From: Cyanobacteria bacterium P01_A01_bin.123
Lineage (GTDB): Bacteria; Cyanobacteriota; Cyanobacteriia; Phormidesmidales; Phormidesmidaceae
DNA: 64,000 bases
Assembly: GCA_039815185.1 (NCBI GenBank)
Contig: JBCBZT010000028.1
Location: 39,650 to 103,649, forward strand
Direction of reading: 5' to 3'
This document shows positions 1-10,281 of this stretch, piece by piece. Each line of letters starts with the position of its first letter. The stretch's first letter is position 1. The translations under genes and the position numbers were made by a program. The notes below the pieces were generated by a model. It was not told the origin of the DNA. It saw nothing but the letters and a program-made list of their open reading frames with translations, and searched no databases.

Positions 1-6
1 ATCAGA

Positions 7-573
7 TTGTCATATTCTTTGTTTGTATTTTTCTTGTCACTTTTTTGGTTGAGTCTAGCTCGTGATTTGTTAAGTCGTCCTACTGTAAACCTATTGACGA
101 CTTTCAACTTGCTTAAATCTACTCCAGAGACCATTTTTTCTTATGGTCGGGGTCTTTTCCCCACTCTAAATATTTTGGCGGTTTCAGTTTCGCTATTAAC
201 TCTTCCAATGCTGTTCGTTTTGCCGACTTTACCTATTAGCCAATCCACGTTCCAATTTAATCAAAGAGCTGTTGTTGCGTTGCTGGGAATTTTACTTTGC
301 TTGACTCTGCTTGTCGGATATCTTTTTATTCAAGTGATAGTATCTAATGCTGTAAATCAGAGTTTGTTACGTATGGATCAAGAAATCGAAATAAATCTTT
401 ACTCTTATTTCGGCTCTGAATCAAATCGAGGCAGTTTGGGGCATATAAAGGTATTAGTTGAGGCTCGTGAAGCTTTGGTAAAATCGATCAGTAATCCTTC
501 CGGTTCTACAATAATTAGTGTGATTAATGTCTCATCAATTCTTGCAATATTACTTGGCATTGTGTTGAAGTAA
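7..573 (+). CDS. hypothetical membrane protein, probably 5'-truncated by the window edge
   Basis: 188-aa AT-rich ORF with several hydrophobic segments; no family recognised. Confidence 0.5.
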   Translation: MSYSLFVFFLSLFWLSLARDLLSRPTVNLLTTFNLLKSTPETIFSYGRGLFPTLNILAVSVSLLTLPMLFVLPTLPISQSTFQFNQRAVVALLGILLCLTLLVGYLFIQVIVSNAVNQSLLRMDQEIEINLYSYFGSESNRGSLGHIKVLVEAREALVKSISNPSGSTIISVINVSSILAILLGIVLK

Positions 574-623
574 GTACAAAACTAAATTATTAAGGCTCAA
601 GGTGCTGTACTTCTCTTCAACCT

Positions 624-1979
624 CTAAGCACTAATCAAAGGCTCCGATCGCGCCTTAAAATCCGCCCGCATCAACGCTGACACCGCTACCTCCGGATCTA
701 ACACCCGAAACTGAGACCCCAATCGAATAATCTGCCGCTTCTGCTGATCGCGAATAATTGCCACCACGGGCACCTTTGCCAACTTCGGATCATCCCCTTG
801 ACTAGTACGCAACACATTCCGTAACCGATGCTGCTGCTCAATATCCGAAGCAATGCGAGGGTCCAGTTCCACCATTACCAGCTTTACATCTTCAATCGGC
901 TCCGCATCTTCCACAATGAACTGCACCCGTTCATCCCGGCTATCCGCCTTGCCCCACACCATCAACCGGGCATCGGCTTCAATGTAGCGACCAATGCGTT
1001 CATAGGAACGGGGAAACACCACGCCTTCTGCTTGCCCCGTCAGGTCTTCGAGCTGCACAATCGCCATGCGATCGCCCTTCTTGGTTACCACAGGTTTGAC
1101 GGATGCTAGCATCGCGATCGCGCTGATGGTGCCCTGCTCCGTATACTCGTGCAGTTCGCCTAAATTCACCGGAGCCAGTACCTTCGCCGAGCGCTGCACA
1201 GCCTTGAGCGGATGGTCTGAGATGTAAAAGCCCAGCAGTTCTTTTTCCAGCTTGAGCTTTTCTTGGGGGTCGAAGTCGGGTACCGGAAGCGCTTTGGGAG
1301 CAGACTCGTATCCCCCAACCGGGGCACTCCCGTTAGCGTCATCACCCCCGCCCCCCAGCATGTCAAACAGATTACCTTGCCCAATGGCGCGATCCTTCGC
1401 TCGCCCCTGGGCCCAGTCGAGCACCAGTTCGAGATCTTGCATTAGTTGGTTGCGGTTGTTCTCTAGGGTATCGAGGGCACCGCAGTGGATCAACGCTTCT
1501 AACGCACGGCGGTTGACGGCACGTAAATCAACGCGATCGCAAAGATCGGCTAACGACTTAAACGGCCCCTCCTCGTCACGGTCTGCCAAAATACACTCGA
1601 TCGCCCCCTGACCCAAATTGCGGATCGCGGAAAGACCAAACACAATGCTCTGGTTCAGCGGCGTAAAGTCAATCCGCGACTGGTTAATGTTGGGCGGCAT
1701 AACCTCAATGCCCATGCTGATGCAGTTGGCGATATGCATTTGTACCTTATCTTGATCACCGCTGTTTGCTGTCAACAGCGCCGCCATATACTCCACCGGG
1801 TAATTGGCCTTGAGGTACGCGGTTTGGTAAGTGACAAACCCGTAAGCCATCGAGTGGGATTTATTGAAACAGTTGGAGGCAACGATACCGTCAGCAAGCA
1901 AAAAGTTGTGATCTTTTGCCACCCCAATGTCATAAACTGGGCGAGTTCCGATGGATTGGCGGCTAATAATTTTGACCAT
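624..1979 (-). CDS. dnaE-c: DNA polymerase III alpha subunit, C-terminal part, preceded by the C-half of a split intein (DnaE-c)
   Basis: Starts MVKIISRQ...VYDIGVAKDHNFLLADGIVASN then CFNKSHS, followed by DnaE C-terminal motifs (YQTAYLKANYP, EKELLGFYISDHP, OB-fold region). Confidence 0.97.
   Translation of the reverse strand: MVKIISRQSIGTRPVYDIGVAKDHNFLLADGIVASNCFNKSHSMAYGFVTYQTAYLKANYPVEYMAALLTANSGDQDKVQMHIANCISMGIEVMPPNINQSRIDFTPLNQSIVFGLSAIRNLGQGAIECILADRDEEGPFKSLADLCDRVDLRAVNRRALEALIHCGALDTLENNRNQLMQDLELVLDWAQGRAKDRAIGQGNLFDMLGGGGDDANGSAPVGGYESAPKALPVPDFDPQEKLKLEKELLGFYISDHPLKAVQRSAKVLAPVNLGELHEYTEQGTISAIAMLASVKPVVTKKGDRMAIVQLEDLTGQAEGVVFPRSYERIGRYIEADARLMVWGKADSRDERVQFIVEDAEPIEDVKLVMVELDPRIASDIEQQHRLRNVLRTSQGDDPKLAKVPVVAIIRDQQKRQIIRLGSQFRVLDPEVAVSALMRADFKARSEPLISA
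1872..1979 (-). other. split intein C-fragment (IntC, 36 aa)
   Basis: Block F VYDIGV..HNF and terminal ASN followed by extein CFN, as in Ssp/Npu DnaE IntC. Confidence 0.95.
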
Positions 1980-2036
1980 AGTGATTGTCTCGATTGGTTT
2001 TTCTAAATAGATGAATAGGGGAAAGGCGTCTTTAAG

Positions 2037-2483
2037 TTATTTCGAGTTTTGAAGTTGAGCATGCAGTTGAGACATTAAAGACTGATACACATGCATATCA
2101 AATATTTGAAGATTATCAACACTAAATTCTCCACCAAGAATGGGATGGTTTTTCCACCCGATACACTCATTCAGATCTGGAACAATCTCGTTTTCTAGGG
2201 CAATGGGAAACCATCCAGCAATAAAGATTTCTTCGCGCCACTCGGATGATTTATTGAGCTGATTGAATTCATCCGCATTGTTGGCGACTTTTTCGTAAGC
2301 CCCTTCTAGAAGAGAGAGCACAAATAAGCTACCGTCTGGATGACCAAAAACCCAGTCACCAAAAGCAGATAAGAACAGTGGAGTTGCATCGGTAGGAACT
2401 AGCCATGACCAATAGGGCAAACAGTCCTGTATAGCTTGTACACTTGGTTTTGTCATGAACGCTCTAGCCATTTGCTGCATCAA
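2037..2483 (-). CDS. Tdi1/DUF1851-like putative immunity-type protein
   Basis: SAFGDWVF motif and a C-terminal CIGWKNHPILGGEFSVDNL segment recalling DUF1851/Tdi1 proteins; more AT-rich than dnaE; 4-bp overlap with the upstream ORF. Confidence 0.55.
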   Translation of the reverse strand: MMQQMARAFMTKPSVQAIQDCLPYWSWLVPTDATPLFLSAFGDWVFGHPDGSLFVLSLLEGAYEKVANNADEFNQLNKSSEWREEIFIAGWFPIALENEIVPDLNECIGWKNHPILGGEFSVDNLQIFDMHVYQSLMSQLHAQLQNSK

Positions 2484-3157
2484 GGCACCATGCTTAAGAT
2501 GTCTAATTTCTGCGTCACAATTTGCTTCAAAATCTTCAAAATTGTCTCGGCTTCGAGTTTTTCGCTGTACTCTCGCGACGATTCTAAATGCAGTACGGGG
2601 CGATCGCTTTCCATGCCGATTACCTCAGCCCTGACAAATGTCCAAATATCCGCCACGGTGTAGCAACCAAACACCGCTTGTGGATCACCGCGATCCAGTT
2701 CCCAATTCATTCGGGCAGCGGCTAAGAGTTGGCCGTAAAGCTGGTACTGGGGATTTTGGGCTTCGATGCCCCGCTTAGCTTCTAGCACCACCAAATAGGG
2801 GGCTTCAATCTCTCCCGAAAGTCCTTTGCCCAAAACCCCATCGACAATTCCTGATACTTCAAAGGTAGGATAGCTGGCTTTGAGGGCGACCTCAGCCCAA
2901 GCCTGGACAAAATCTCGCTCGGCCAGCACCAGTAAGGGATAAATCGCCCGCGCCCATACCGTGGCTTCATTCATTAACTGGGTCCGATAGTTGACCAGAC
3001 GAGACTGTACATCTTGGAGCTGCCGCTGTTCATTGTCGGTTAATGACACCCCATCCACCTGCATCCAATCGCGCTTGCCAACGCCGCGATCATTGATCTC
3101 AACCAGGGGCTTCAAATCAGCTAGGGTTAGATTTGAGAATAAAAGCTGTTTCATCAC
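2480..3157 (-). CDS. cyanobacterial hypothetical protein with a restriction-endonuclease-like PD-(D/E)xK signature
   Basis: GIVDG...VVLEAKRG...QLYGQLLAA pattern fits the D...ExK...Q nuclease-fold motif. Confidence 0.6.
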   Translation of the reverse strand: MMKQLLFSNLTLADLKPLVEINDRGVGKRDWMQVDGVSLTDNEQRQLQDVQSRLVNYRTQLMNEATVWARAIYPLLVLAERDFVQAWAEVALKASYPTFEVSGIVDGVLGKGLSGEIEAPYLVVLEAKRGIEAQNPQYQLYGQLLAAARMNWELDRGDPQAVFGCYTVADIWTFVRAEVIGMESDRPVLHLESSREYSEKLEAETILKILKQIVTQKLDILSMVP

Positions 3158-3176
3158 AGGACTCCAAGTCGAGACG

Positions 3177-5786
3177 TTACGCGATCGCCAAAGACGGCAC
3201 TGATACCTGTTTTAACTCTAGCCCCTGCTCAAAGATGTCGTTGATGGGCTGCATTTCTCCTGCCTCAGTCATAAATTTATGATCGACGGTCGCTCGGATC
3301 ACAGCCCCATTGTCCAGAACATATTCAAACACTTCCTGGTGCCCTCGGTCATGCCATTGGGCGATCGGTTGGGTGTAAACAAATCCATTGGCATCAACAC
3401 TGTAAACCTGACAGTTAATCTGTTGCTCAACAATTTTGCCAATGGCCAACGGGCCGTACTCGACTGTGAGCAATGGGGTGTCATAGCTCAGGCAATATTC
3501 CGCAAACTTGACCATCTGGTCCCAGAGTTCGTCAACGGCTTTTTTGGGCACCCCCTTCGCCACTGACCCCTCTGTAAACTGGCCTTTGTGCTTCTCCATT
3601 TCGGCCACTTTTTTCTTACCCATGGCCCGCCGCAGCAGGTCAGCTTGGCCCAGAGAATACCCGGCCATATCTTGGGCGATGCGCATGATCTGTTCTTGAA
3701 ACACCATGATGCCGTAGGTTTCTTTCAAGATCGGCTCTAGAATCTGGTGGTCGTAGTCGATGCGTTCGCGTCCGTGTTTGCGGTTAATAAATTTGGGAAT
3801 CAACCCCGCATCTAGCGGCCCCGGTCGGTATAGGGCCAGCACTGAAGAAATGTCCTCTAGCCCGGAGGGTTTCAAATCCCGCACGATCTGCCGCATGCCC
3901 GACGATTCCAGCTGAAAGATGCCGCCCAAATCGCCACTTTCCAAGAGCTTGAAGGCTTTTGGATCATCTTGGGGAATGGCATCTAAATCGATATCTACCT
4001 GGTGGTGCTCAGCTACCAAATCCACCGTTTTTTGAATCATTGTTAGGTTTTTGAGGCCCAAAAAGTCCATCTTTAGCAGACCCAGGGCTTCTACATCTTC
4101 CATGTAGTATTGCGTGATCACCTGGCCGTCGTTGTTGCGCTGCAGGGGCACAATTTCATCCAGCGGATCTTTAGAAATCACCACCCCAGCCGCGTGCATC
4201 CCAAAGGTTTTGTTCATGCCTTCAATTCGCAACGCCATGTCCAGCCAGCGGCGGGTTTGCGGATCGGTTTCGTATTTTTCTTTAAATTCTGGGGCTGGGG
4301 TATCGTCAGAAATCATCACCTTCAGCTTGGCTGGTTTGCCCCGCGCCACCGGAATCAGCTTCGCCATCCGGTCTGACTCGGCATAGGGAATATCCAACAC
4401 CCGCGCCACGTCTTTGAGCACCGCTTTGGAGGTCATGCGGTTAAAGGTGATGATCTGAGCGACTCGCTCTGTACCATAGCGTTCTCGGCAATACTCAATC
4501 ACCTCATCCCGCCGTTGGATGCAGAAGTCCGTATCAATATCCGGCATGGACTTGCGTTCAGGGTTGAGGAAGCGCTCAAACAGCAGGCCATGATGCACTG
4601 GGTCAATATTGGTAATGCCCATGGCATAAGCGACCAGCGACCCCGCCGCACTGCCGCGCCCTGGCCCCACGGGAATCCCTTTATCGCGGGCAAATTTGAT
4701 GTAGTCCCACACCACCAAGAAGTAGGTGGGGAACCCCATCTGGATCATCATTTTGATTTCGTATTCCAGGCGATCGCGATAGATTTGATCAATCTCTTTG
4801 TAGCTGGCAGTCCCCATGCGCTCGATTAACCCCTGGCGGGCGACATGGGCCATATAGTCTTCGGCCCCGTCAAACTCGTCTGGGATGGGGAAATCAGGGA
4901 TGCGCGGCTGGCCTAAAATACCCGTGTATTCTTCGATTTTGTCGGCGATTTCAAGCGTGTTGGCAATTGATGCTTCAATTACCTCATCCGTTAGGTGATC
5001 GCGAAATAGCTGGCGCATTTCGTCAGCCGATTTGAGATATTCTGTACCGCTATAGCGCAGTCGCTTGTCTTCGGTGATCAGCTTGCCGGTTTGAATGCAC
5101 AGCAGGGCGTCGTGGGCTTCGACGTCATTGCACGAAATGTAGTGGGAGTCGTTGGTGCAAATCAGCTTGATGTCTAGTTCCTTTGCCAACCGCACGATTT
5201 GCACATTGACGATCCGATCTTCAGGGGAACCGTGGTCTTGAATTTCTAAGTAATAGTCACTGCCAAAGAGGTCTTTGTACCAGCGGGCGACCCGTTCTGC
5301 CACATCCAGTCGGCCCTGTAAAATCGCTTGGGGAATTTCGCCCCCCAGACAGGCGCTCGTGACGATTAGCCCGTCGTGATATTGCTCCAGCAGATCTTTG
5401 TTAATACAAGGGCGCGAAAAAATGCCGGAACCCTGCACCCCCTGGAGATGGGAAATCGTGGTCAACTTGACCAGGTTTTTGTAGCCCTGGGTGTTTTTGG
5501 CTAAGACCACTTGATGGTAGCGGGGCAGCTTAATTTTCTTGCCAAAGCTGTTGTACTTCTGCTGGATATCGCCATTGACGACGTACATCTCGTTGCCGAT
5601 GATCGGCTTAATACCTGCTCCCTTGCAAACCTTAATCAGTTCAATCGCGCCATACATCACCCCGTGATCGGTCAGCGCGATCGCGGGCATGTCGAGTTCT
5701 TTGGCCCGTGCGACCAACTGCGGCAACTGGCTGGCCCCGTCTAACAGGCTGTAATCGCTGTGGATGTGAAGACCAACAAAAGACAT
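3177..5786 (-). CDS. dnaE-n: DNA polymerase III alpha subunit, N-terminal part, followed by the N-half of a split intein (DnaE-n)
   Basis: PHP domain ([12 protein letters not shown]), [23 protein letters not shown]; ends KFAEY then CLSYDT... intein. Confidence 0.98.
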   Translation of the reverse strand: MSFVGLHIHSDYSLLDGASQLPQLVARAKELDMPAIALTDHGVMYGAIELIKVCKGAGIKPIIGNEMYVVNGDIQQKYNSFGKKIKLPRYHQVVLAKNTQGYKNLVKLTTISHLQGVQGSGIFSRPCINKDLLEQYHDGLIVTSACLGGEIPQAILQGRLDVAERVARWYKDLFGSDYYLEIQDHGSPEDRIVNVQIVRLAKELDIKLICTNDSHYISCNDVEAHDALLCIQTGKLITEDKRLRYSGTEYLKSADEMRQLFRDHLTDEVIEASIANTLEIADKIEEYTGILGQPRIPDFPIPDEFDGAEDYMAHVARQGLIERMGTASYKEIDQIYRDRLEYEIKMMIQMGFPTYFLVVWDYIKFARDKGIPVGPGRGSAAGSLVAYAMGITNIDPVHHGLLFERFLNPERKSMPDIDTDFCIQRRDEVIEYCRERYGTERVAQIITFNRMTSKAVLKDVARVLDIPYAESDRMAKLIPVARGKPAKLKVMISDDTPAPEFKEKYETDPQTRRWLDMALRIEGMNKTFGMHAAGVVISKDPLDEIVPLQRNNDGQVITQYYMEDVEALGLLKMDFLGLKNLTMIQKTVDLVAEHHQVDIDLDAIPQDDPKAFKLLESGDLGGIFQLESSGMRQIVRDLKPSGLEDISSVLALYRPGPLDAGLIPKFINRKHGRERIDYDHQILEPILKETYGIMVFQEQIMRIAQDMAGYSLGQADLLRRAMGKKKVAEMEKHKGQFTEGSVAKGVPKKAVDELWDQMVKFAEYCLSYDTPLLTVEYGPLAIGKIVEQQINCQVYSVDANGFVYTQPIAQWHDRGHQEVFEYVLDNGAVIRATVDHKFMTEAGEMQPINDIFEQGLELKQVSVPSLAIA
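3180..3494 (-). other. split intein N-fragment (IntN, 105 aa)
   Basis: Starts CLSYDT, contains [12 protein letters not shown] and block [12 protein letters not shown]. Confidence 0.95.
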
Positions 5787-6504
5787 AGTGATGACAACAG
5801 TCCCTAGTACAAGTTTACTGCTTTTTTTGGGTTTTATTTGGGCTGGCTGAATCGGAGTGCAGCCAAAAGATGCATTCAGGGTAGCCGAAGTTTAGCGCTA
5901 TATCTAGATCATTGGTGTGGATTTTTATGGAGTGATGCCCTAAATGTGGATGTGGCGGAGATTAAGTGGGCGATCGCATATAACCCCCCACATTTCGCCA
6001 GGTTTGTCCAGCATGTGAGGCCCCTATTGAAATTCCTCGGATATCTTGAGATCTTAAATGTAAGCTAAAGAGTATTGCAGCTTGGGGATAATCCTGGGCA
6101 TATGTAATCCATCCTCTAGGTTTGTAGTAGACACTGATGGAAATGCTTGGCATAAGAATTAGGCATGTCAGATTAAAGGCAATGTCTTTTTGTGTTATCG
6201 AACACTCGTTTCAGTATCTCAGCACACGAACTCAAAATCGATGCCTTTTATGTGCTTGAATTACTGACTTAGATGCCTCAAAGTGTCAATTTTCCTCGGG
6301 AAAAAGGATAGTCAAAGCTATATTCTTAAACAATAGGTATGCATATCAAGTGATTACCTTCAAGTGGTTTTTAAGTAAAGCAATCTTAAGGATTAAACTA
6401 CTGGTAAACAAGAATTACAAAGCTTTTCATTTGACTTGATTAGGTTCAATCGCTCCTGTTACGATGCTGCTTAACCCCTGGTTTTAGGATGTTAGGCTAG
6501 AGAA

Positions 6505-6807
6505 ATGAGACAGCAGCAGGCCCACTATTTGAGCGTTATTAAAAGAGACTTGGCCGAGTCAAATACAAATGCAAAGATTAAGGCGATCGCCGTCAGAGCT
6601 GTTCTAGACTATTGGCGGAAGATGGGCCTAACAGGAGCAGATCTGCTAAGGCACACGTTAACGCTGAGGTTGCAAATTACCGCATCTAGTTTTGCAGAGA
6701 ACCATGCCTTGGCCTCAAAATATGTTCAGAGACTCGAAGCGTTTTGGGCTGGAGATGTTATTGGATCCTTGCTGGAAGATGATGTGCGCAGCCTATCCGA
6801 GATCTGA
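6505..6807 (+). CDS. hypothetical protein
   Basis: 100-aa ATG-started ORF with no competing long ORF; no motif recognised. Confidence 0.5.
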   Translation: MRQQQAHYLSVIKRDLAESNTNAKIKAIAVRAVLDYWRKMGLTGADLLRHTLTLRLQITASSFAENHALASKYVQRLEAFWAGDVIGSLLEDDVRSLSEI

Positions 6808-6971
6808 TAGCAGGTTGATTTTTTGTAGGGCCAACACCGCTCAAGCTTGCATTGTGCATGAACCAAGACAGATGTCTCGGCGTTGATTTTTACGGAAGGA
6901 GCCGATAGGTCACCCCAAGAGTAAATTTTTGTAACACAATAGAAATGTGCAGCGCTTTTACTCATGTGACT

Positions 6972-8381
6972 ATGAAGGCTATCCAAGACGCAATCGCCCC
7001 TGAAGTTTCAACTCTGGCGGTGTTACCCATCGGTGGTTCTGACCCCAATAAGTTTGACTGGGCTGAGGCTTGGTACCCCATTCACTATGTTGAAGATTTG
7101 GATAAAGATAGGCCTAACCGCTTTACCCTGCTAGAGCAGGATTTAGTCATCTGGTGGGATCCTAAAACTGAGGCTTGGCGGGTTTTTGAAGACCAATGTC
7201 CCCATCGCTTAGCTCCACTGTCTGAAGGTCGAGTCAACGAAGCCGGACTGTTAGAATGCCCATATCATGGTTGGGCTTTCTCGGGTAGCGGCGCGTGTGA
7301 AACCATTCCACAGCAACCTGATGAGGTCCAGGCCAATCTATCTTCACGGGCCTGCGTGACTGCTCTGCCGACTGCGATTCGGCAAGGGTTGCTCTTTGTC
7401 TATCCCGGCAACGTTGAAAATGCCCCTGAAGTGCCGATTCCAATTATTGATCCGGTTGAGGAAGCGCCTGATGGTTGGGTGATGCTCAACACCTTTCGTG
7501 ACTTGCCCTACGATGCGCTGACGCTGCTAGAGAATGTGATCGACGCTAGCCACATCCCCTACACCCACCACAAAACCGTCGGTAAACGCGAAAACGCTGC
7601 GCCGGTGGTGATGGAAGTTTTGGAGTCGGGGAAGCAGGGATTTCAAGGCATCTGGCCGGAAGGCCCACGCAAAGGGGCCCTGGGTACGCAGCATACCCGC
7701 TTCATTGCTCCAGCGATGATGTACCACGACCTGACCTCAAAGCAGTTTGGTCGGACGCTTACCGTGGTGTATGCGGTGCCGACGCGCAAGGGCGAGTGTC
7801 GCCTATTCGCCCGCTTTCCGTTTAAGTTTTCGTCAAAGCTACCGGGCTTCTTTATCAAGCTCACCCCCCGCTGGTTGAGTCATGTTAGCAACAACCGGGT
7901 TTTAGAAGACGATCAAATCTTTTTACATATTCAAGAACGAATGCTGGCTAAGGCAGGCGACAAACCCTATGCCCAAGCTTGCTTTTTGCCGACTCAAGCC
8001 GATCGATATGTGACGGAACTGCGTAACTGGGTTAACAACTTTAGGGCCGATCCATTTCCTGAGGCACCCTTACCCAAGGAGTTGTCGAAGGAAACCCTCC
8101 TCGATCGCTATCATTCCCATACTCAGCATTGCAGCAGTTGTCGCAATGCACTAAAGCGGATTCAGCAGATTCGCAAAGGTGCATTGATTGTGAGTGCAGT
8201 TTTGTGGTCATCAATTCCCTTGGTAATGGCGTTGGTGGGGTCATTCACAGTGCTAATGGGTGTCTTGCTAACTGGTGTTCCTCTGATTTCAGCAATCCTG
8301 TGGTTCTATCTCGGTGACCTTGAACGTAAGTTCTATGAAGGACAAGACATTCCACCCCGAAATTTACCTGGGAACAAATAG
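6972..8381 (+). CDS. Rieske 2Fe-2S / pheophorbide a oxygenase (PaO/Tic55-like) family protein
   Basis: Rieske CPHR...CPYHGW, mononuclear Fe motif ENVIDASHIPYTHH, HTQHCSSC, C-terminal TM helices; start set at MKAI. Confidence 0.9.
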   Translation: MKAIQDAIAPEVSTLAVLPIGGSDPNKFDWAEAWYPIHYVEDLDKDRPNRFTLLEQDLVIWWDPKTEAWRVFEDQCPHRLAPLSEGRVNEAGLLECPYHGWAFSGSGACETIPQQPDEVQANLSSRACVTALPTAIRQGLLFVYPGNVENAPEVPIPIIDPVEEAPDGWVMLNTFRDLPYDALTLLENVIDASHIPYTHHKTVGKRENAAPVVMEVLESGKQGFQGIWPEGPRKGALGTQHTRFIAPAMMYHDLTSKQFGRTLTVVYAVPTRKGECRLFARFPFKFSSKLPGFFIKLTPRWLSHVSNNRVLEDDQIFLHIQERMLAKAGDKPYAQACFLPTQADRYVTELRNWVNNFRADPFPEAPLPKELSKETLLDRYHSHTQHCSSCRNALKRIQQIRKGALIVSAVLWSSIPLVMALVGSFTVLMGVLLTGVPLISAILWFYLGDLERKFYEGQDIPPRNLPGNK

Positions 8382-8483
8382 GCCATATTTTGAGGGGTTA
8401 TATGGATTTGGATGTGGGTAGGATTTATCTGAGAGCCAGTATGATGAAAGGGCAATCAGGATGGGAGTAATGGGGCGTTCACA

Positions 8484-9155
8484 GTGCAGCAATTTTTGCA
8501 CAACCAAAATCCAGTCACGATTTACCCTGATAGCGATGGTCAACCCATGGCTGATAATACCCGTCAGTTTCGGTGGATCGTCACCATAAAAGAAAACCTG
8601 GAACTGTTGTTTGCAGATCGAGACGGCGTTTTTGTGGCAGGAGATTTGCTGTGGTATCCAGTTGAGGGCAATAACCTCATTCGCCAAGCCCCCGATGTCA
8701 TGGTGGTAGTGGGTTGTCCCAAGGGCGATCGCGGTTCATACCAACAGTGGAAAGAAAATAATCTGACGCCGCAGGTTGTCTTCGAGATTCTCTCTCCGGG
8801 TAATCGACTCAAGGAGATGACGAAAAAATTCAAGTTCTATGATCGCTATGGGGTTGAAGAATACTATCTCTATGATCCCGAGAGCTTAGACTTAGCAGGC
8901 TGGTTACGAACTGAAGGCGAATTTGAACCGATTGAGGAGATGCAAGGGTGGGTGAGTCCTAGGTTGGGCATCCGGTTTAGATTAACATCAGTCGATTTGG
9001 AGTTATATCAGCCCAATGGCGATCGCTTTTTGACTTTTGTTGAACTGGCACAGCAGCGCACCCAGGAACAGCAACAGCGTGTGGCCGTTGAACAAAAACT
9101 GTCTGAAACTGAAAGCTTACTGGCTCGTTATCGAGAAAAATTTGGAGATTTGTAG
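8484..9155 (+). CDS. Uma2 family endonuclease-like protein
   Basis: YPDSDGQPMADNT, APDVMV, VVFEILSPGN, YGVEEYYLYDP. Confidence 0.9.
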   Translation: MQQFLHNQNPVTIYPDSDGQPMADNTRQFRWIVTIKENLELLFADRDGVFVAGDLLWYPVEGNNLIRQAPDVMVVVGCPKGDRGSYQQWKENNLTPQVVFEILSPGNRLKEMTKKFKFYDRYGVEEYYLYDPESLDLAGWLRTEGEFEPIEEMQGWVSPRLGIRFRLTSVDLELYQPNGDRFLTFVELAQQRTQEQQQRVAVEQKLSETESLLARYREKFGDL

Positions 9156-9334
9156 CCCTCCACAATTACCCAATCGGCCCAAGCGTAGACAAAATCCAAA
9201 TCGTGAGTTGCGATAACGGTGGTGGTTCCTGTGGCATGAATGTGCGCTAATAGCTGAAACAGTGTGCGGGTCTGGCAGGGGTCGAGATAAGCCGTGGGTT
9301 CATCCATCAACAGTAGCTCGGGCTGGAGCACCAT
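9128..9334 (-). pseudogene. cbiO: internal fragment of an ECF/cobalt ABC ATPase (cbiO-like)
   Basis: MVLQPELLLMDEPTAYLD (Walker B/D-loop) and IATHDLD (H-loop) present; Walker A, signature motif and C-terminus absent. Confidence 0.8.
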
Positions 9335-9875
9335 GTCTCCAAGCCAACACGCCATGTACCCCGCTCAACAGGACGGCCCACAATGCGTTGCCTAAAAAGA
9401 TCTGCCACAGCATGGCAAGGGTAAAGCCATGGACGCCGCCCAGGGCAAACCCGGCCAGCCAAATCACTAATTCATAGAGGCAAAACCCTAGAATAAGGCA
9501 CCCGCTCAACCACAGGCTGTACCCGATGGGATCCTGGCGAAAGGGGAAACGCGTAGAAGCTAGGAGTAATGCCAGGAGGGCACCCAACAGCATCACCCCA
9601 CCCCAGGCAAAGGTGCTCACCGTGTAGGGATACCCCCGCACCGTAAAGCCCAAAAGCTGATTCACTAGCCACATTGCAAGCAGCACTACCACTGCCTTGC
9701 GTCGGGGTAGCGTAGCCCCCGCCAAGATACCAATGCCAACGAGCGGTACGGTGCAGTAATAGAGCACATTGCTGGTACTGGCCGCTGCCAAGAGGCCGTA
9801 ATACCAAGCCCGACTGCCAAAGAGAAAATAGCTACCGCGTTGCCATGGCGTTTGTAAAGTTGCGGTCTGTATCAT
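9300..9875 (-). CDS. multi-pass membrane protein, possibly ECF S-component-like
   Basis: About 5-6 hydrophobic helices, WLVNQLLGF..RGYP motif; lies in a cobalt operon; its 3' end overlaps the cbiO fragment. Confidence 0.6.
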   Translation of the reverse strand: MIQTATLQTPWQRGSYFLFGSRAWYYGLLAAASTSNVLYYCTVPLVGIGILAGATLPRRKAVVVLLAMWLVNQLLGFTVRGYPYTVSTFAWGGVMLLGALLALLLASTRFPFRQDPIGYSLWLSGCLILGFCLYELVIWLAGFALGGVHGFTLAMLWQIFLGNALWAVLLSGVHGVLAWRHGAPARATVDG

Positions 9876-10174
9876 GACCTTTCCTCCGAGTGATGGCGTT
9901 CACGGCGACCCCGATAAAGCCCAATCACGTAACCGATCACCCCGGTACCCATGGCAGCGTGGGAGACAAATAAGAGGCTTTCTACTTCGTCACTGGGTAG
10001 CTCAAGGATACTGCCAAACCAGGGTTCATAATCGGGTTGAATTTCACCAATGGCATCTTCAGCTTCGCCGTCAGCGCCGCCATATTCAACCTGTACAAAA
10101 ATTAGCGGCAGCGCTGCTAGGGCGATTACAGCGAGCACGATCAGCCAGTTGCCTTGGGATTTAAGAGTTTTCAT
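9872..10174 (-). CDS. cbiN: cobalt transport protein CbiN
   Basis: YGGADGEAE...PDYEPWF...LPSDEVESLLF...GVIGYVIG is the CbiN pattern. Confidence 0.9.
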   Translation of the reverse strand: MKTLKSQGNWLIVLAVIALAALPLIFVQVEYGGADGEAEDAIGEIQPDYEPWFGSILELPSDEVESLLFVSHAAMGTGVIGYVIGLYRGRRERHHSEERS

Positions 10175-10281
10175 GGTGATTTGGGAGATGGGGGCAAGGG
10201 GGCAGAGGGAGCAGGGGAAGGGGCTTTTTGAAAATGGGGTTGGAAGTGCTGGTTGGGCTCACTCTTTGGGCGACTGTTACC

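Noticed and set aside
5838..6153. Short ORFs upstream of dnaE-n
   Set aside because: Under 80 aa, overlapping on opposite strands, no motif; more likely promoter or intergenic DNA
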